DNA of 64,000 nucleotides from Pontiella sp. (GCA_050290185.1 JBNKHE010000002.1:1-64000); one strand, 5' to 3'. Counted from the first letter of the stretch, positions 7,769 to 17,149 are shown. Made by a program: numbers and translations. Notes: generated by a model not told the origin, from the sequence alone.

Positions 7769-9028
7769 ATGAACAAAATCGGCCAAATCAGTCTGGTATG
7801 CCTAATCTTGAGCACAAATGTATTCGCCCTCGACACGGAGCTCCACGGCTTCGTCGACGCACGTGCAGGAACACGAACCCAGAACGATCCGCATGAGGAC
7901 GACCGCAGCCTGACGGAATCCCGGTTGCAACTCGATTCCCTGACCTACATCGGCCAATACACCGTGCAGGCGCGCGCTGATTTCGTGTACGACGATCTGG
8001 CCACCAAACGTAATAAAGTCGATCTGGAAAACGGCGATGGCTTCGTCGACCTGCGCGAGCTGAACGTACTGTTCACCCCCATCGACATTGTCGACATGAA
8101 AGTGGGCCGGCAAATCCTGACGTGGGGCACCGGCGATCTGTTGTTCATCAACGATCTGTTTCCCAAAGACTGGAACTCGTTCCTGCTCGGTCGCGACGAG
8201 GAATATCTGAAGGCGCCGTCGGACGCGATCTTCGCAAGTTTATTCCCCGCCATCGGAACGATCGACATCGCCTACACGCCACGCATGGATGCCGACCGCT
8301 ATGTCGACGGGCGACGCATCTCCTATTGGAATGGAACAGGGCTGGTTGGCCAGAATGCAGTGGTTGATGCCGATCGGCAGGATGAATGGTTCCAGGACCA
8401 CGAGATTGCCGTGCGCTTCTACCGCCCCCTGCTCAGCTACGAAGCCGCGCTATATGCCTACCACGGCTTCTGGAAAAGCCCGACGGGATTCGACACGTCA
8501 ACCGGCAACGCCTACTTCCCGCTCCTCAATGCCTATGGTGGCAGCATTAAGGGATCGCTGGGCAAGGCGATCGTGAATACCGAAGCCGGCTATTACGACT
8601 CGCGTGAGGATCGCTCCGGCACCGACCCGTTTGTCCCCAACTCGGAATTGCGTGTCCTGGCCGGGTACCAGCGCGAAGTCGCCAAAAACACCACGGCCGC
8701 CATGCAGTACTACGCTGAATGGATGATGGATTACGACGGCTACAAATCAGGTGTTCCCTCCGGAACCGCCCGCGACGAAGTCCGCCACGTTTTGACCCTG
8801 CGCCTGACGAAAATGATGATGAACCAGAACCTGATCCTCGGCCTTTTCACCTTTTATTCGCCCAGCGACAACGACGCCTATTTCCGGCCCAACGTTACCT
8901 ACAAGCTGGATGATCACTGGCAGCTCACCGCTAACGGAAATCTCTTCATCGGCGAGGACAAGCATACCTTCTTCGGGCAGTTCGAGCGCGACAGCAACAT
9001 CAACCTCGGCGTCCGCTACAGCTTCTAG
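7769..9028 (+). CDS. Outer-membrane beta-barrel protein (DUF1302-like)
   Basis: Signal peptide, LRE...GRQILTWG..D motif and C-terminal GVRYSF. Confidence 0.8.
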   Translation: MNKIGQISLVCLILSTNVFALDTELHGFVDARAGTRTQNDPHEDDRSLTESRLQLDSLTYIGQYTVQARADFVYDDLATKRNKVDLENGDGFVDLRELNVLFTPIDIVDMKVGRQILTWGTGDLLFINDLFPKDWNSFLLGRDEEYLKAPSDAIFASLFPAIGTIDIAYTPRMDADRYVDGRRISYWNGTGLVGQNAVVDADRQDEWFQDHEIAVRFYRPLLSYEAALYAYHGFWKSPTGFDTSTGNAYFPLLNAYGGSIKGSLGKAIVNTEAGYYDSREDRSGTDPFVPNSELRVLAGYQREVAKNTTAAMQYYAEWMMDYDGYKSGVPSGTARDEVRHVLTLRLTKMMMNQNLILGLFTFYSPSDNDAYFRPNVTYKLDDHWQLTANGNLFIGEDKHTFFGQFERDSNINLGVRYSF

Positions 9029-9077
9029 CGGCATGGCACCCCAAACCAGCGCTGAAACTTCTTCCGAAGAAAAGTCA

Positions 9078-9107
9078 TTGACACCGCCCGGCAGGAAAAT
9101 CTATAGG
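9078..9107 (+). promoter_or_regulatory. Sigma70-like promoter TTGACA-N18-TATAGG
   Basis: Perfect -35 upstream of the leader ORF. Confidence 0.5.
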
Positions 9108-9141
9108 TTTCCTCCGTTGGCAACCCAACGGTTAAATTGAA

Positions 9142-9246
9142 ATGAAAAATTATCTGACAAAATCGATTAAGCAACAACATCGCACCAATTCGGTGTGCAT
9201 GTGGCATTCTACCTATCCGGAAGGAGTGGCGTTGCGATACGGTTGA
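9142..9246 (+). CDS. Putative 34-aa leader peptide (MKNYLTKSIKQQHRTNSVCMWHSTYPEGVALRYG)
   Basis: Short ORF between a promoter and an intrinsic terminator; its 3' part is complementary to the terminator 5' arm. Confidence 0.5.
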   Translation: MKNYLTKSIKQQHRTNSVCMWHSTYPEGVALRYG

Positions 9247-9268
9247 TCAGTGCAAATACCGTTTTGAC

Positions 9269-9308
9269 AAGCCCGCCTTCCAGCCCCGGAAAGCGGGCTT
9301 TTTATTTT
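9269..9308 (+). terminator. Intrinsic terminator/attenuator upstream of the HPr gene
   Basis: AAGCCCGC-C-TTCC-agcccc-GGAA-A-GCGGGCTT followed by TTTATTTT. Confidence 0.8.
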
Positions 9309-9402
9309 CCCGCCCGAAAACAACTCGAACCATGATGAAGACAACAACATTAAATTCGAAAACCCCGAATCAGTTTGGGTCCATGGAGGAAGTGAAAAAA
9401 CG

Positions 9403-9669
9403 ATGAAGACCTATAATCTTACGATTGCGACTCCCCATGGACTCCATCTCCGGGTCGCCGCAAAAATAGTGGAACTGGTCAGACGGACCGAAGCCAAGGT
9501 CCGCCTGTTCGGCCGGGACAACCGGCAGGCGGACGGCGGTTCCATTATTTCGCTGATGACCCTGGGCGCGGAGCACGGACATCCCCTGCGCGTCGAGGTG
9601 GAAGGCCGCAACGAACAGGCGGTCGCCGAAGGACTGTCCGAAATTTTCGGCGAAACGGAGGCCGCGTAA
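9403..9669 (+). CDS. HPr family phosphocarrier protein
   Basis: GLHLR (His15 site), ADGGSIISLMTLGA (Ser46 site) and GGAGG RBS. Confidence 0.9.
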   Translation: MKTYNLTIATPHGLHLRVAAKIVELVRRTEAKVRLFGRDNRQADGGSIISLMTLGAEHGHPLRVEVEGRNEQAVAEGLSEIFGETEAA

Positions 9670-9692
9670 AGCAGGGAAGCCGACCCTATAGC

Positions 9693-10715
9693 TTAACTGA
9701 TATTGGCGACGATCTTTTCGAGCAGGTCATAATCCTGCGTGCGGTTGAACTCTTCGAGCTGGATGGTGAGGGCTTCGTCACCTTCGCGGACGAAGGATCC
9801 GCCGGAAACGGCGAGGCCTTCGTCGTAGAGCCCAATGAATATGGAGGGTTGTTTGCCCGTGGCGTGAAGGGCTGCCTTCGCGACATCGATCAAGCGCGGA
9901 GGCGTGTACTCACCCTTTTGAAAATATTTAGCCAACGATGTTCCGGAGGAAACGTAGGTGGGGTTGAGGTGCATGTTGATCTTAACGTCGAAACGCGTTG
10001 CCAGCGAGTCAAGGTAGTCGATGGCACTCCGGATATCCTGAATGGCTTCCTCGTCCGTCATGCCCGGAACCGGCTTCTGCATGAAGTAGCATTTGACGGA
10101 AAAACCGAACGGCGCGACTTCAGCCACAAAGGACTCGAAATCCTCCAGTTCAAGCCCTTTCCTGAAAACCTCGTTGCGGATGCGTTCGTCGAACGCCTCG
10201 AAGCCGATCGCCAGCTCCAGTGCGATGCTCTCGTCGTCTTCCGACAAGGCGCGGTGAAGGAACTCCAATTCCGCGAGATCGACGTACTCGGGGCGCGTTT
10301 CAATGGCAATGGAACGCAGTCCGGGCACCCACATCCGGATGCGGGCGAGCAGGTACATGAGCGCCATGGACGAGAACGTATCCTCGTCGAGCACTGATCC
10401 GTTGTTGCTGATGATGATCTTGCGGATCTCGCCCAGCCGGGCCACGACTTCGGGCAAGGCAAAAAGATGGTCCACCTGTGCGATCTGCGATTTGAAGTCG
10501 ACATGGTACCGGGAACCCTTGGAGGGCAGGTTGCAACCTAGGCAGCGCGACCAGCGGCAGGCCTGCGTATAGAACACAACAAACAGCACCAGTCCCACGT
10601 CCGAATCATGGAACCACCACTGGGCGGGCTGTTCGGGATCGTGGTTTTCGTTGAAGGCATAGAATTTCCCTGCTTCCAACCCCGCCTGTTCTATCTGGTC
10701 GGCATACCCGTCCAT
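9693..10715 (-). CDS. Radical SAM protein, RaSEA/TIGR01210-like
   Basis: TQACRWSRCLGC cluster motif (CX4CX2C), ETRPEY, AIGFEA.DERIR, KCYFMQKP, NPTYV..GT and GEYTPPRL. Confidence 0.75.
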   Translation of the reverse strand: MDGYADQIEQAGLEAGKFYAFNENHDPEQPAQWWFHDSDVGLVLFVVFYTQACRWSRCLGCNLPSKGSRYHVDFKSQIAQVDHLFALPEVVARLGEIRKIIISNNGSVLDEDTFSSMALMYLLARIRMWVPGLRSIAIETRPEYVDLAELEFLHRALSEDDESIALELAIGFEAFDERIRNEVFRKGLELEDFESFVAEVAPFGFSVKCYFMQKPVPGMTDEEAIQDIRSAIDYLDSLATRFDVKINMHLNPTYVSSGTSLAKYFQKGEYTPPRLIDVAKAALHATGKQPSIFIGLYDEGLAVSGGSFVREGDEALTIQLEEFNRTQDYDLLEKIVANIS

Positions 10716-10716
10716 C

Positions 10717-12564
10717 CTACCGAATCCCTTCCGCCTCCAGCGCTAGGATTTCCCGACGCCAGTTCTCGCGCTGAACTTCCAGCCCGGGGCGATCCATCGT
10801 TTCCGGCAACAGGCTCAGGCGCGTGCAATTCAACAGGGCCTGAAGCTTCTGGTAGCGCCGCATCTTCTCGACCGCCGGCGGAATACGGTCGTGAATGACC
10901 TCCTGGATTTCCTCGATGGTGAGGCTATCCTTTTTTCTGAACTCGGCTACGGCAACGAGATCGGAACGCACTTCCGAAAAAGCGGCAGCGTAGTAGCCCA
11001 GCGTATCGGGTTTCAGCAATTCGACGGCCTTCGCAACTGTTGGGCAGGATTCACTTTTTTCGAAGACAGGGCGAATCATCCAGGACATAAAGTCGTTGAG
11101 ATCCTCACCTTCGGGATCGAGCACCGGAATGATCAGACTGCCCGCCCGCCCCGGTCGACGAATGTCGGGCGAGAGCAGATGGATCCGCGCTGTGATCAAC
11201 AACCACGAGGCTTTACCCTTCAAGGCCGGATCCGACATCATGGCCTGTATCTTTCCGGTCAGGCGCCGCTCCGTCGGGTGGACCTCGTCGCCGACCCCGC
11301 CAAACTGGGTATCCGCCTCGTCTACAAAAACGAGCGATTTGTCCAGGGCCAAAATGATTCGGCGCAACCGTTCGAACAGGACATCGGTTCCGCCAAACCA
11401 TTTGCTGCGAATATTTTTCAGCACCAGCACGACCATGCCGAGTTCACCGGCCACGGCTTCGAGCAGGAAGCTTTTCCCGGAACCGATCGGTCCGCCGATA
11501 GCTGCGCCCGACAGCGCCGCCTTGCCGGTGGACTGGATGCGCGGAATGAACTCCTTTCGCATGAAGTCCTTAAGACGAGCAAAACCGACTACATCCTTCA
11601 GGCTGTGTTCGGGCTTCTTGAACTCGACGACATCCTCTCCCAGCTGATCCTTGATGAAGGTCTCCACCTTGTCGACCACATCCTGCGGCTGGAGCCGATC
11701 CTTGGTGTGCGCGTTGAAGCGTAATAGTTGAAAAAGCGCGTGGGTGGAAAGACCCGCCGTCATCCGGGCCAGGGTCTCCTGCGAATCCCATAAATTGATT
11801 TTTCCATCGGCCGGAAGCTGCTTGTTGAACCACCGGATAATATGCTGGCGCTCTTCCAGCCCCGGCGAGCCAACCTCGACCTCCAGCAGTTGGGGCAATT
11901 GCGCGACCTTACCGTTCAGCAAGCTCTTCGACTCCGCCAGAAAAACCACACTATCACCCGCATCCATAAATCCGGGATCGGAAAGCCAGTCGCGGCAAAT
12001 GGCCACGCGCTGGCGATCCACGTCAGAGAGATGACCGATTTCGCCCTCGGGGATCAGGAAGTCCGAGCCCTCGACGAGAATCAGCAGGTCCTCCCAAAGA
12101 AATGGAACGCCATCGCGCGCGTGGCGCGAACAGAGGCACATCTGCCTCAGAAATTCGAGAGCGTAGGTTGGATTGGCCGCCGCCTTCTTGAGATTCGAAT
12201 CGAAGGTTTGCCCCGCGCTCTCCTGCACTTCAGCCAGACGCTTCTGCGTGCGCGCCAAAGCCAGGTCAATCGATATCTGATCCTTGTCCTTGTGCAAGCG
12301 GCCCCAGGCATCGCGCATTTTCTGCAGGTCGGACTTGCTACGGAACCGGATCGGGCCGTTAAGTTCGTAGACGACGACGATCGTACCGCCAACTGCCCAT
12401 TTGTCCACCAGCAGTTCGATGAGCGAGACATAGCCTCCTTCGCCCCCTTCACACTGGCTGTAGAACAGATCCATGATATTACCGGTAAGGCATAGGGCGC
12501 GCGCCTGGCCGGAGTTGATAATCCGCCCGGCTTCTTTCACAAAGGCATATTCCGGATCTTTCAA
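10717..12564 (-). CDS. AAA+ ATPase with a degenerate N-terminal and an intact C-terminal AAA module
   Basis: Walker A GPIGSGKS, Walker B VFVDEAD, pore loop SKWFG and RRPGR. True start is probably TTG 12564 (GGAGG RBS, TTGA overlap with the ABC ATPase stop). Confidence 0.85.
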   Translation of the reverse strand: MKDPEYAFVKEAGRIINSGQARALCLTGNIMDLFYSQCEGGEGGYVSLIELLVDKWAVGGTIVVVYELNGPIRFRSKSDLQKMRDAWGRLHKDKDQISIDLALARTQKRLAEVQESAGQTFDSNLKKAAANPTYALEFLRQMCLCSRHARDGVPFLWEDLLILVEGSDFLIPEGEIGHLSDVDRQRVAICRDWLSDPGFMDAGDSVVFLAESKSLLNGKVAQLPQLLEVEVGSPGLEERQHIIRWFNKQLPADGKINLWDSQETLARMTAGLSTHALFQLLRFNAHTKDRLQPQDVVDKVETFIKDQLGEDVVEFKKPEHSLKDVVGFARLKDFMRKEFIPRIQSTGKAALSGAAIGGPIGSGKSFLLEAVAGELGMVVLVLKNIRSKWFGGTDVLFERLRRIILALDKSLVFVDEADTQFGGVGDEVHPTERRLTGKIQAMMSDPALKGKASWLLITARIHLLSPDIRRPGRAGSLIIPVLDPEGEDLNDFMSWMIRPVFEKSESCPTVAKAVELLKPDTLGYYAAAFSEVRSDLVAVAEFRKKDSLTIEEIQEVIHDRIPPAVEKMRRYQKLQALLNCTRLSLLPETMDRPGLEVQRENWRREILALEAEGIR

Positions 12565-13502
12565 GATTGGGTTCCTCCGGCCGTGAATCCCTGAGCCATT
12601 CGATTGTACTCCGTGAAGGACTGGCAATACTCGGGATCGAATACCGTATGCAGGATTTCCACTTTCTGATCCCGGAAAAGCATGAAGTCGCGGTCGGCGC
12701 TGGGCGCAAAAACCGGGGCGGGCTGGTCGTAGACAATCGTCGCACCTGGAGCGGAGGTTTCGCCCACTTCCTTCCAATCCCAGTATTGCGACAAGCCAAT
12801 CACGCGGTCGCTCACATAGATAGCCTCATTGATCTCGTGGGTAACGATCAGCACCGTATGCGGCGGAGCTTCACCGCGTTTTTTTGCGGCAAGGTTTTCC
12901 TGATAGAGTGTCAGCAGCACGCGCTGCAGTTCTTCGCGCGTGGCTTCGTCCAGCGCACCGAACGGTTCGTCCAGCAGCAGAATGGACGGACGCATGATCA
13001 AGGCCTGGGCAATGGCTACGCGCTGGCACATGCCGCCCGATAGTTCGGGTGGATATTTCTTCAGCGCGGAACCCAGTTGCATGCGGTCAAGCATATCCGC
13101 CGCCTTTTGCATGTGCTGCTTCCGAAGCGCCTTCCACTTCCTGAATCCGAACAGGCGCTGGGGAATGGTAGTCTGGTCGACCATCAATCCATAGGCGACG
13201 TTTTCCTGCGCTGTCAGGTGCGGAAACAACGAATAGCGCTGGTAAACGATCCCGCGGTCCCGGCCAGGCCCCTCGATAATCCGCGATGCACCGCCGGCAT
13301 CGCACATCATCACCGACCCGCTGCACGGAGAATGCGTGCCGACGATCGCCCGAAGCAGAGTCGATTTTCCACAACCGCTTGGCCCCACCAGCGCAACGAT
13401 CTGTCCACGTTGGATATCGAGGTTCACGTTGAAGAGAACCCGGTTGCTGGAAAACCAATGAGAAAGGTTCTGGATTTTGAGGATACTTTCGGACACGGGC
13501 AA
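12561..13502 (-). CDS. ABC transporter ATP-binding protein (TauB/SsuB/NrtD-like)
   Basis: GPSGCGKST, LSGGMCQR, LLLDEPFGALD and VTHEINEA. Confidence 0.93.
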   Translation of the reverse strand: MPVSESILKIQNLSHWFSSNRVLFNVNLDIQRGQIVALVGPSGCGKSTLLRAIVGTHSPCSGSVMMCDAGGASRIIEGPGRDRGIVYQRYSLFPHLTAQENVAYGLMVDQTTIPQRLFGFRKWKALRKQHMQKAADMLDRMQLGSALKKYPPELSGGMCQRVAIAQALIMRPSILLLDEPFGALDEATREELQRVLLTLYQENLAAKKRGEAPPHTVLIVTHEINEAIYVSDRVIGLSQYWDWKEVGETSAPGATIVYDQPAPVFAPSADRDFMLFRDQKVEILHTVFDPEYCQSFTEYNRMAQGFTAGGTQS

Positions 13503-14396
13503 TTACCTTCCTTCCATGACGTACCATGGGCTAAACTTACGCTGAAGCAGCTTCAGGGTATAGGTGATGATACCGGCATAGACGGTCAGCATGATGATCA
13601 GGGGATAGACCGCCTCGAAGCGCGTGGCCTTGGTCAACACCCGGATGCGATAGCCAAACCCCTCGCCCGACACAATCTGTTCGGCGGCAATGAGATATAC
13701 CAGCGCCGGACCGATCATGAGGATCGCCAGATCCAGAATCCTGGGTAGTATACCGGGAAAGATGGCCGTGGTGATCACCTCCGCATGGCTGGCGCCCAAG
13801 GTATAGGCTTTATAGCGCAGTTCGTTAGGATAGTTCTGCACATATTGGGAAACGGAAATCGTTACAAACGGCATCGACCCGAAGGTAATCATGGCGACAT
13901 ACATTTCCATGTCGATGCCCGCCAGCTTGAAGAAGATCGGCATGGCCGCCGTGGGAATGATACGGGAGAAGAAAAACATGAGCGGCGAAATCGCGGCATC
14001 GATCTTCAGGAAGCAGCCCATCAGCACGCCAAAGACCATGCCCATCAGCAACCCGGTCGTCAGTCCGCCGAACAGCCTGCCCAGCGTGGCTTTCGAGGCT
14101 TCCCACAGAATCCGGTTTTCAAGAAACCCTTCCTTCGCATCAGACGGCGCAGCCACCATGTCGGAACCTTGCAACGCAAAGGCAAGCAGAGCAGCTTCGT
14201 CCGAATGCTCCACCTCCGGCTTCTCAACGAGATACTTGACCCCGTCCCAAAGCTGGTGCCAGGTTGGAATCGTACGATCATTCGCGTTTTTCCGGTGCTG
14301 GAGGTGCGACATGACCGTATAGGCCGACACCAGAATCAACACCGAAAGAGCCGAGTAGATGAAGGCTGTTCGCTTGGATATTCTCTGACCTACCAT
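13503..14396 (-). CDS. ABC transporter permease (TauC/SsuC-like)
   Basis: About six TM helices, AYTLGAS (EAA-like loop) and YLIAAEQI....GFGYRI. Confidence 0.88.
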   Translation of the reverse strand: MVGQRISKRTAFIYSALSVLILVSAYTVMSHLQHRKNANDRTIPTWHQLWDGVKYLVEKPEVEHSDEAALLAFALQGSDMVAAPSDAKEGFLENRILWEASKATLGRLFGGLTTGLLMGMVFGVLMGCFLKIDAAISPLMFFFSRIIPTAAMPIFFKLAGIDMEMYVAMITFGSMPFVTISVSQYVQNYPNELRYKAYTLGASHAEVITTAIFPGILPRILDLAILMIGPALVYLIAAEQIVSGEGFGYRIRVLTKATRFEAVYPLIIMLTVYAGIITYTLKLLQRKFSPWYVMEGR

Positions 14397-14438
14397 CTGT
14401 TTTCCCCACTCTTTCGATGCCGTGTTGCGATGCCGCGA

Positions 14439-15494
14439 CTACTTCGAATTCTGAACCGCTTCAATGTACTGGGGATCAAAACATAGATCCGCCTTGGAAT
14501 CGTCGCCGAACGCCAGCTTGGGTTCCTTGCCCTGATCGACCAGTCCCTTGGAGACGGTCCACGGCAGTACGTGTTTTTCCATCACTGACGGAAGTTCCTG
14601 GCCCTGGAAGAGCGCAAGCCCCTTTTCCGGCGTGGAGTAAAAACTGGTTTCCTTGACGATGACACGCATGTCCTGCAATCCAAGATCGGCAAACCGCTTG
14701 CCCATGGAGGTCAATGTCTTGTCCTGCATCTCGGGATTGTTCATCAGGCTGCACATGGTGTAGTAGGTATCCACCACCGCACATGCAAACGCCTTGCCGC
14801 CTTCCTTTTCCAGCGAGGAACGCGATGCGGTAACCATGTCGATGATGTGGCCCTTGATCAGGCTGGAGTCGAACAACCGGCGCAGTTTGGGATTGGCCTT
14901 GAGGGTTTCAAGGACCACGGGATTCCAGGTTATGCCCGCTTCGATCTTGCCGCTCTGAAGAACAACGCCGACCTGTACGGGATCGAGATTTTCGAAGGTG
15001 TAGTCCGCTGGATTTTCACCCAGGGCCTCGAGCCCCTTGTCGAAGGCGTATTCCGAAACACTGGCCGCCAGTCCGCGCACGGGAACCCCCTTCAGGTCCT
15101 TCACGGAGGCGATATCCGCCTGAACAATGCAGGCATCGGCGCCGGCACTGGTGGAAGTCGGTAGGATCGCAACGGCCTTGCGCGTCGTGCTCGGTGCCAG
15201 ACTGTCGATATTGGTCAGGCAGGCCGCATCGACATTGCCGTTCACGAATAGGGTGATACACGAATCATAGTCCGCATCCTTTACGACCAGGTCCACTTTC
15301 CACTTCTTTTCCAGCGGGCCCTGCTTGCCTTCGGCACCATCGATGAGGCCGATGTCGCATGCGGTCAGAAACGTACCGCTCCAGGATGGATATTCGCTGA
15401 CCGCGATGGTGAAAGAAGGATCCGCCGCCTGCGCAGCTCCCAAACCCAGAGATAAAACCGAACATGCCGCTATCAGTTGTTTTTTCATCGTCAT
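14439..15494 (-). CDS. ABC substrate-binding protein (NMT1/TauA fold, resembles urea-carboxylase-region SBPs)
   Basis: Signal peptide; DYDSCI.LF..G.VDAAC.TNIDSL, S.GADA, TWNP and FDSS.I.G.IIDM. Confidence 0.82.
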   Translation of the reverse strand: MTMKKQLIAACSVLSLGLGAAQAADPSFTIAVSEYPSWSGTFLTACDIGLIDGAEGKQGPLEKKWKVDLVVKDADYDSCITLFVNGNVDAACLTNIDSLAPSTTRKAVAILPTSTSAGADACIVQADIASVKDLKGVPVRGLAASVSEYAFDKGLEALGENPADYTFENLDPVQVGVVLQSGKIEAGITWNPVVLETLKANPKLRRLFDSSLIKGHIIDMVTASRSSLEKEGGKAFACAVVDTYYTMCSLMNNPEMQDKTLTSMGKRFADLGLQDMRVIVKETSFYSTPEKGLALFQGQELPSVMEKHVLPWTVSKGLVDQGKEPKLAFGDDSKADLCFDPQYIEAVQNSK

Positions 15495-15515
15495 ACCTTT
15501 CGTGTTGAGAATGGA

Positions 15516-16334
15516 TTATTCTGGCAGCGTTTCCTTTTTCGCCGCCTGCTCGCTTCCCGTCTTGGTCTCCTCGCTCGCCGATACATCGGTGCCGAAAATG
15601 CCGTCCATGAATTCAGATTCTGCCTCCATGCTACCTGCCATTTCCAGAAACTCGGCTTCCTGCCGGGCGGTATCGGTACCTGCCAGACGAGAAGTTACCT
15701 GCGCCTCGGCCTTGGCCTGAGCCACCGATTCACGCAACCGGCGCATATCGTCGGCGGTACCATCGTTCGCGATGCCGGCCAACGCCTCGTTGGCGGCGCG
15801 CGTTTCGCGGGCCATGGCCACATCGGCCACGCTACGTTCGCGTTCGTCGAGCATCTCCTTCATTTCGCGATGGAGAGACTGCAGCTGGACCTCGTATCCC
15901 TTGGAATCCTGCTCGGTCTGGGCCACATCGGCCTCAAGGCCTTCCTTGCGCTGCTGCAACAATTCGAGCGAACTCTTGAAATCCTGATAGGCGCGCATGC
16001 ACTTGACGAACTCGGGATTCTGCTGGGCTTCCTCACGGCTCTTGCCCGCCGCCACCTTGGCTGCCATGGCCTTGGCGCCGTTCATGAGCCGTTCCTTCTG
16101 CTCAATCTCCGCATTGGTATTCTTCAATTCGCTACGCTTGCGCTCGACGTTGCGGATGAGACCCGCGACGGCATTGCGGACCTGCAGAATCGACTCACGC
16201 TTCTTCTCGATGATTTCATCATAACGTGCGCGAACCACAGCGGGGTTTTCATTGATCCCCTTGGTGCTTGAATCGATCTTTCCCGTGAGGATGTGACCGA
16301 TTGCCCGAAAGAACCGACCTAGTGCCTTGAACAT
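15516..16334 (-). CDS. PspA/IM30 (bacterial ESCRT-III-like) family coiled-coil protein
   Basis: ATG 16334 with GGAGG RBS. Amphipathic N-helix MFKALGRFFRAIGHIL, ENP..V...Y..II then long coiled coils, and A.A.A.V...L.G near the C-terminus. Confidence 0.72.
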   Translation of the reverse strand: MFKALGRFFRAIGHILTGKIDSSTKGINENPAVVRARYDEIIEKKRESILQVRNAVAGLIRNVERKRSELKNTNAEIEQKERLMNGAKAMAAKVAAGKSREEAQQNPEFVKCMRAYQDFKSSLELLQQRKEGLEADVAQTEQDSKGYEVQLQSLHREMKEMLDERERSVADVAMARETRAANEALAGIANDGTADDMRRLRESVAQAKAEAQVTSRLAGTDTARQEAEFLEMAGSMEAESEFMDGIFGTDVSASEETKTGSEQAAKKETLPE

Positions 16335-16382
16335 ATGCTGCCTCCTGTAGTTTATCTTGATTTCAAAACCATCAGCCAATCG

Positions 16383-17138
16383 TCATCCCTGTTGATCGGC
16401 ATATTTCAAATATTGCTTTTTATCCTGGGCGGAAACCCCGCCTTGCATGGTGCGGATCCGGGCTTCCACCTCTTCGGCGATCTGCAACCGCGACTTGAGT
16501 TCTTCGCGCAACTGGGCCAACTCCTCGCCATCCCGGCTCAGGGTCGCCTTCTTGATCCCGCCCAGCACATCGCCCAGCCGGTCGAGGCTTTTTTCCACCT
16601 CATCGATCAGCACCGTCCGCTGGGCAAGCAACTCATCCGCGATATTCTTGCGCTCCATTGCCTCCGCCGTCCGCCACAGTTTCAGCGACTCCTCCAGATA
16701 GCCGACGCAACGTTTGAACAGCTTGTCGACATCCGACAGGACGCCGAAAGCACCCGAAGCCAAATGGTCGTCCTGTTCGCCCATCAGCGTGGTCGTCAAT
16801 GTCCGAAGATCCTTCAAAAGCGTCTCGGTGCGCGGATCGCCATCGGCCTGCAAATCGCGGTAGAGCCGGTCGAGATCGCGATCGCGCGCCCTTTCGACCG
16901 AGGCGCGCCACTCGCGCACGATGCGTTCATAGTTTTCATTCCAGCCAAAGATCAGCCGGTTGAGATAAATCCCCGCCGACAAGAGAACCAGAATCACGCT
17001 GGTAGCAATCACGAGCCCCGATTCCAGACTGATTGCCCAGGCGCCGAGGCCAATGGTTGCCCCCAGAATCAAGGGCGACAGGGAAACCCAGTCGACCGGT
17101 TCCATCAGCAATTGTTTAACGATCTCTTTCTTGTCCAC
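16383..17138 (-). CDS. Membrane protein with two N-terminal TM helices and a cytoplasmic coiled-coil region
   Basis: GTG start; hydrophobic residues ~17-62 followed by charged heptad helices. Confidence 0.8.
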   Translation of the reverse strand: MDKKEIVKQLLMEPVDWVSLSPLILGATIGLGAWAISLESGLVIATSVILVLLSAGIYLNRLIFGWNENYERIVREWRASVERARDRDLDRLYRDLQADGDPRTETLLKDLRTLTTTLMGEQDDHLASGAFGVLSDVDKLFKRCVGYLEESLKLWRTAEAMERKNIADELLAQRTVLIDEVEKSLDRLGDVLGGIKKATLSRDGEELAQLREELKSRLQIAEEVEARIRTMQGGVSAQDKKQYLKYADQQG

Positions 17139-17149
17139 GGCAGTTCTCG

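Noticed and set aside
12565..12777. N-terminal 71 aa of the 686-aa AAA+ ORF overlapping the ABC ATPase
   Set aside because: A TTG at 12564 with a GGAGG RBS and TTGA coupling explains the gene; the extension is not protein-like.
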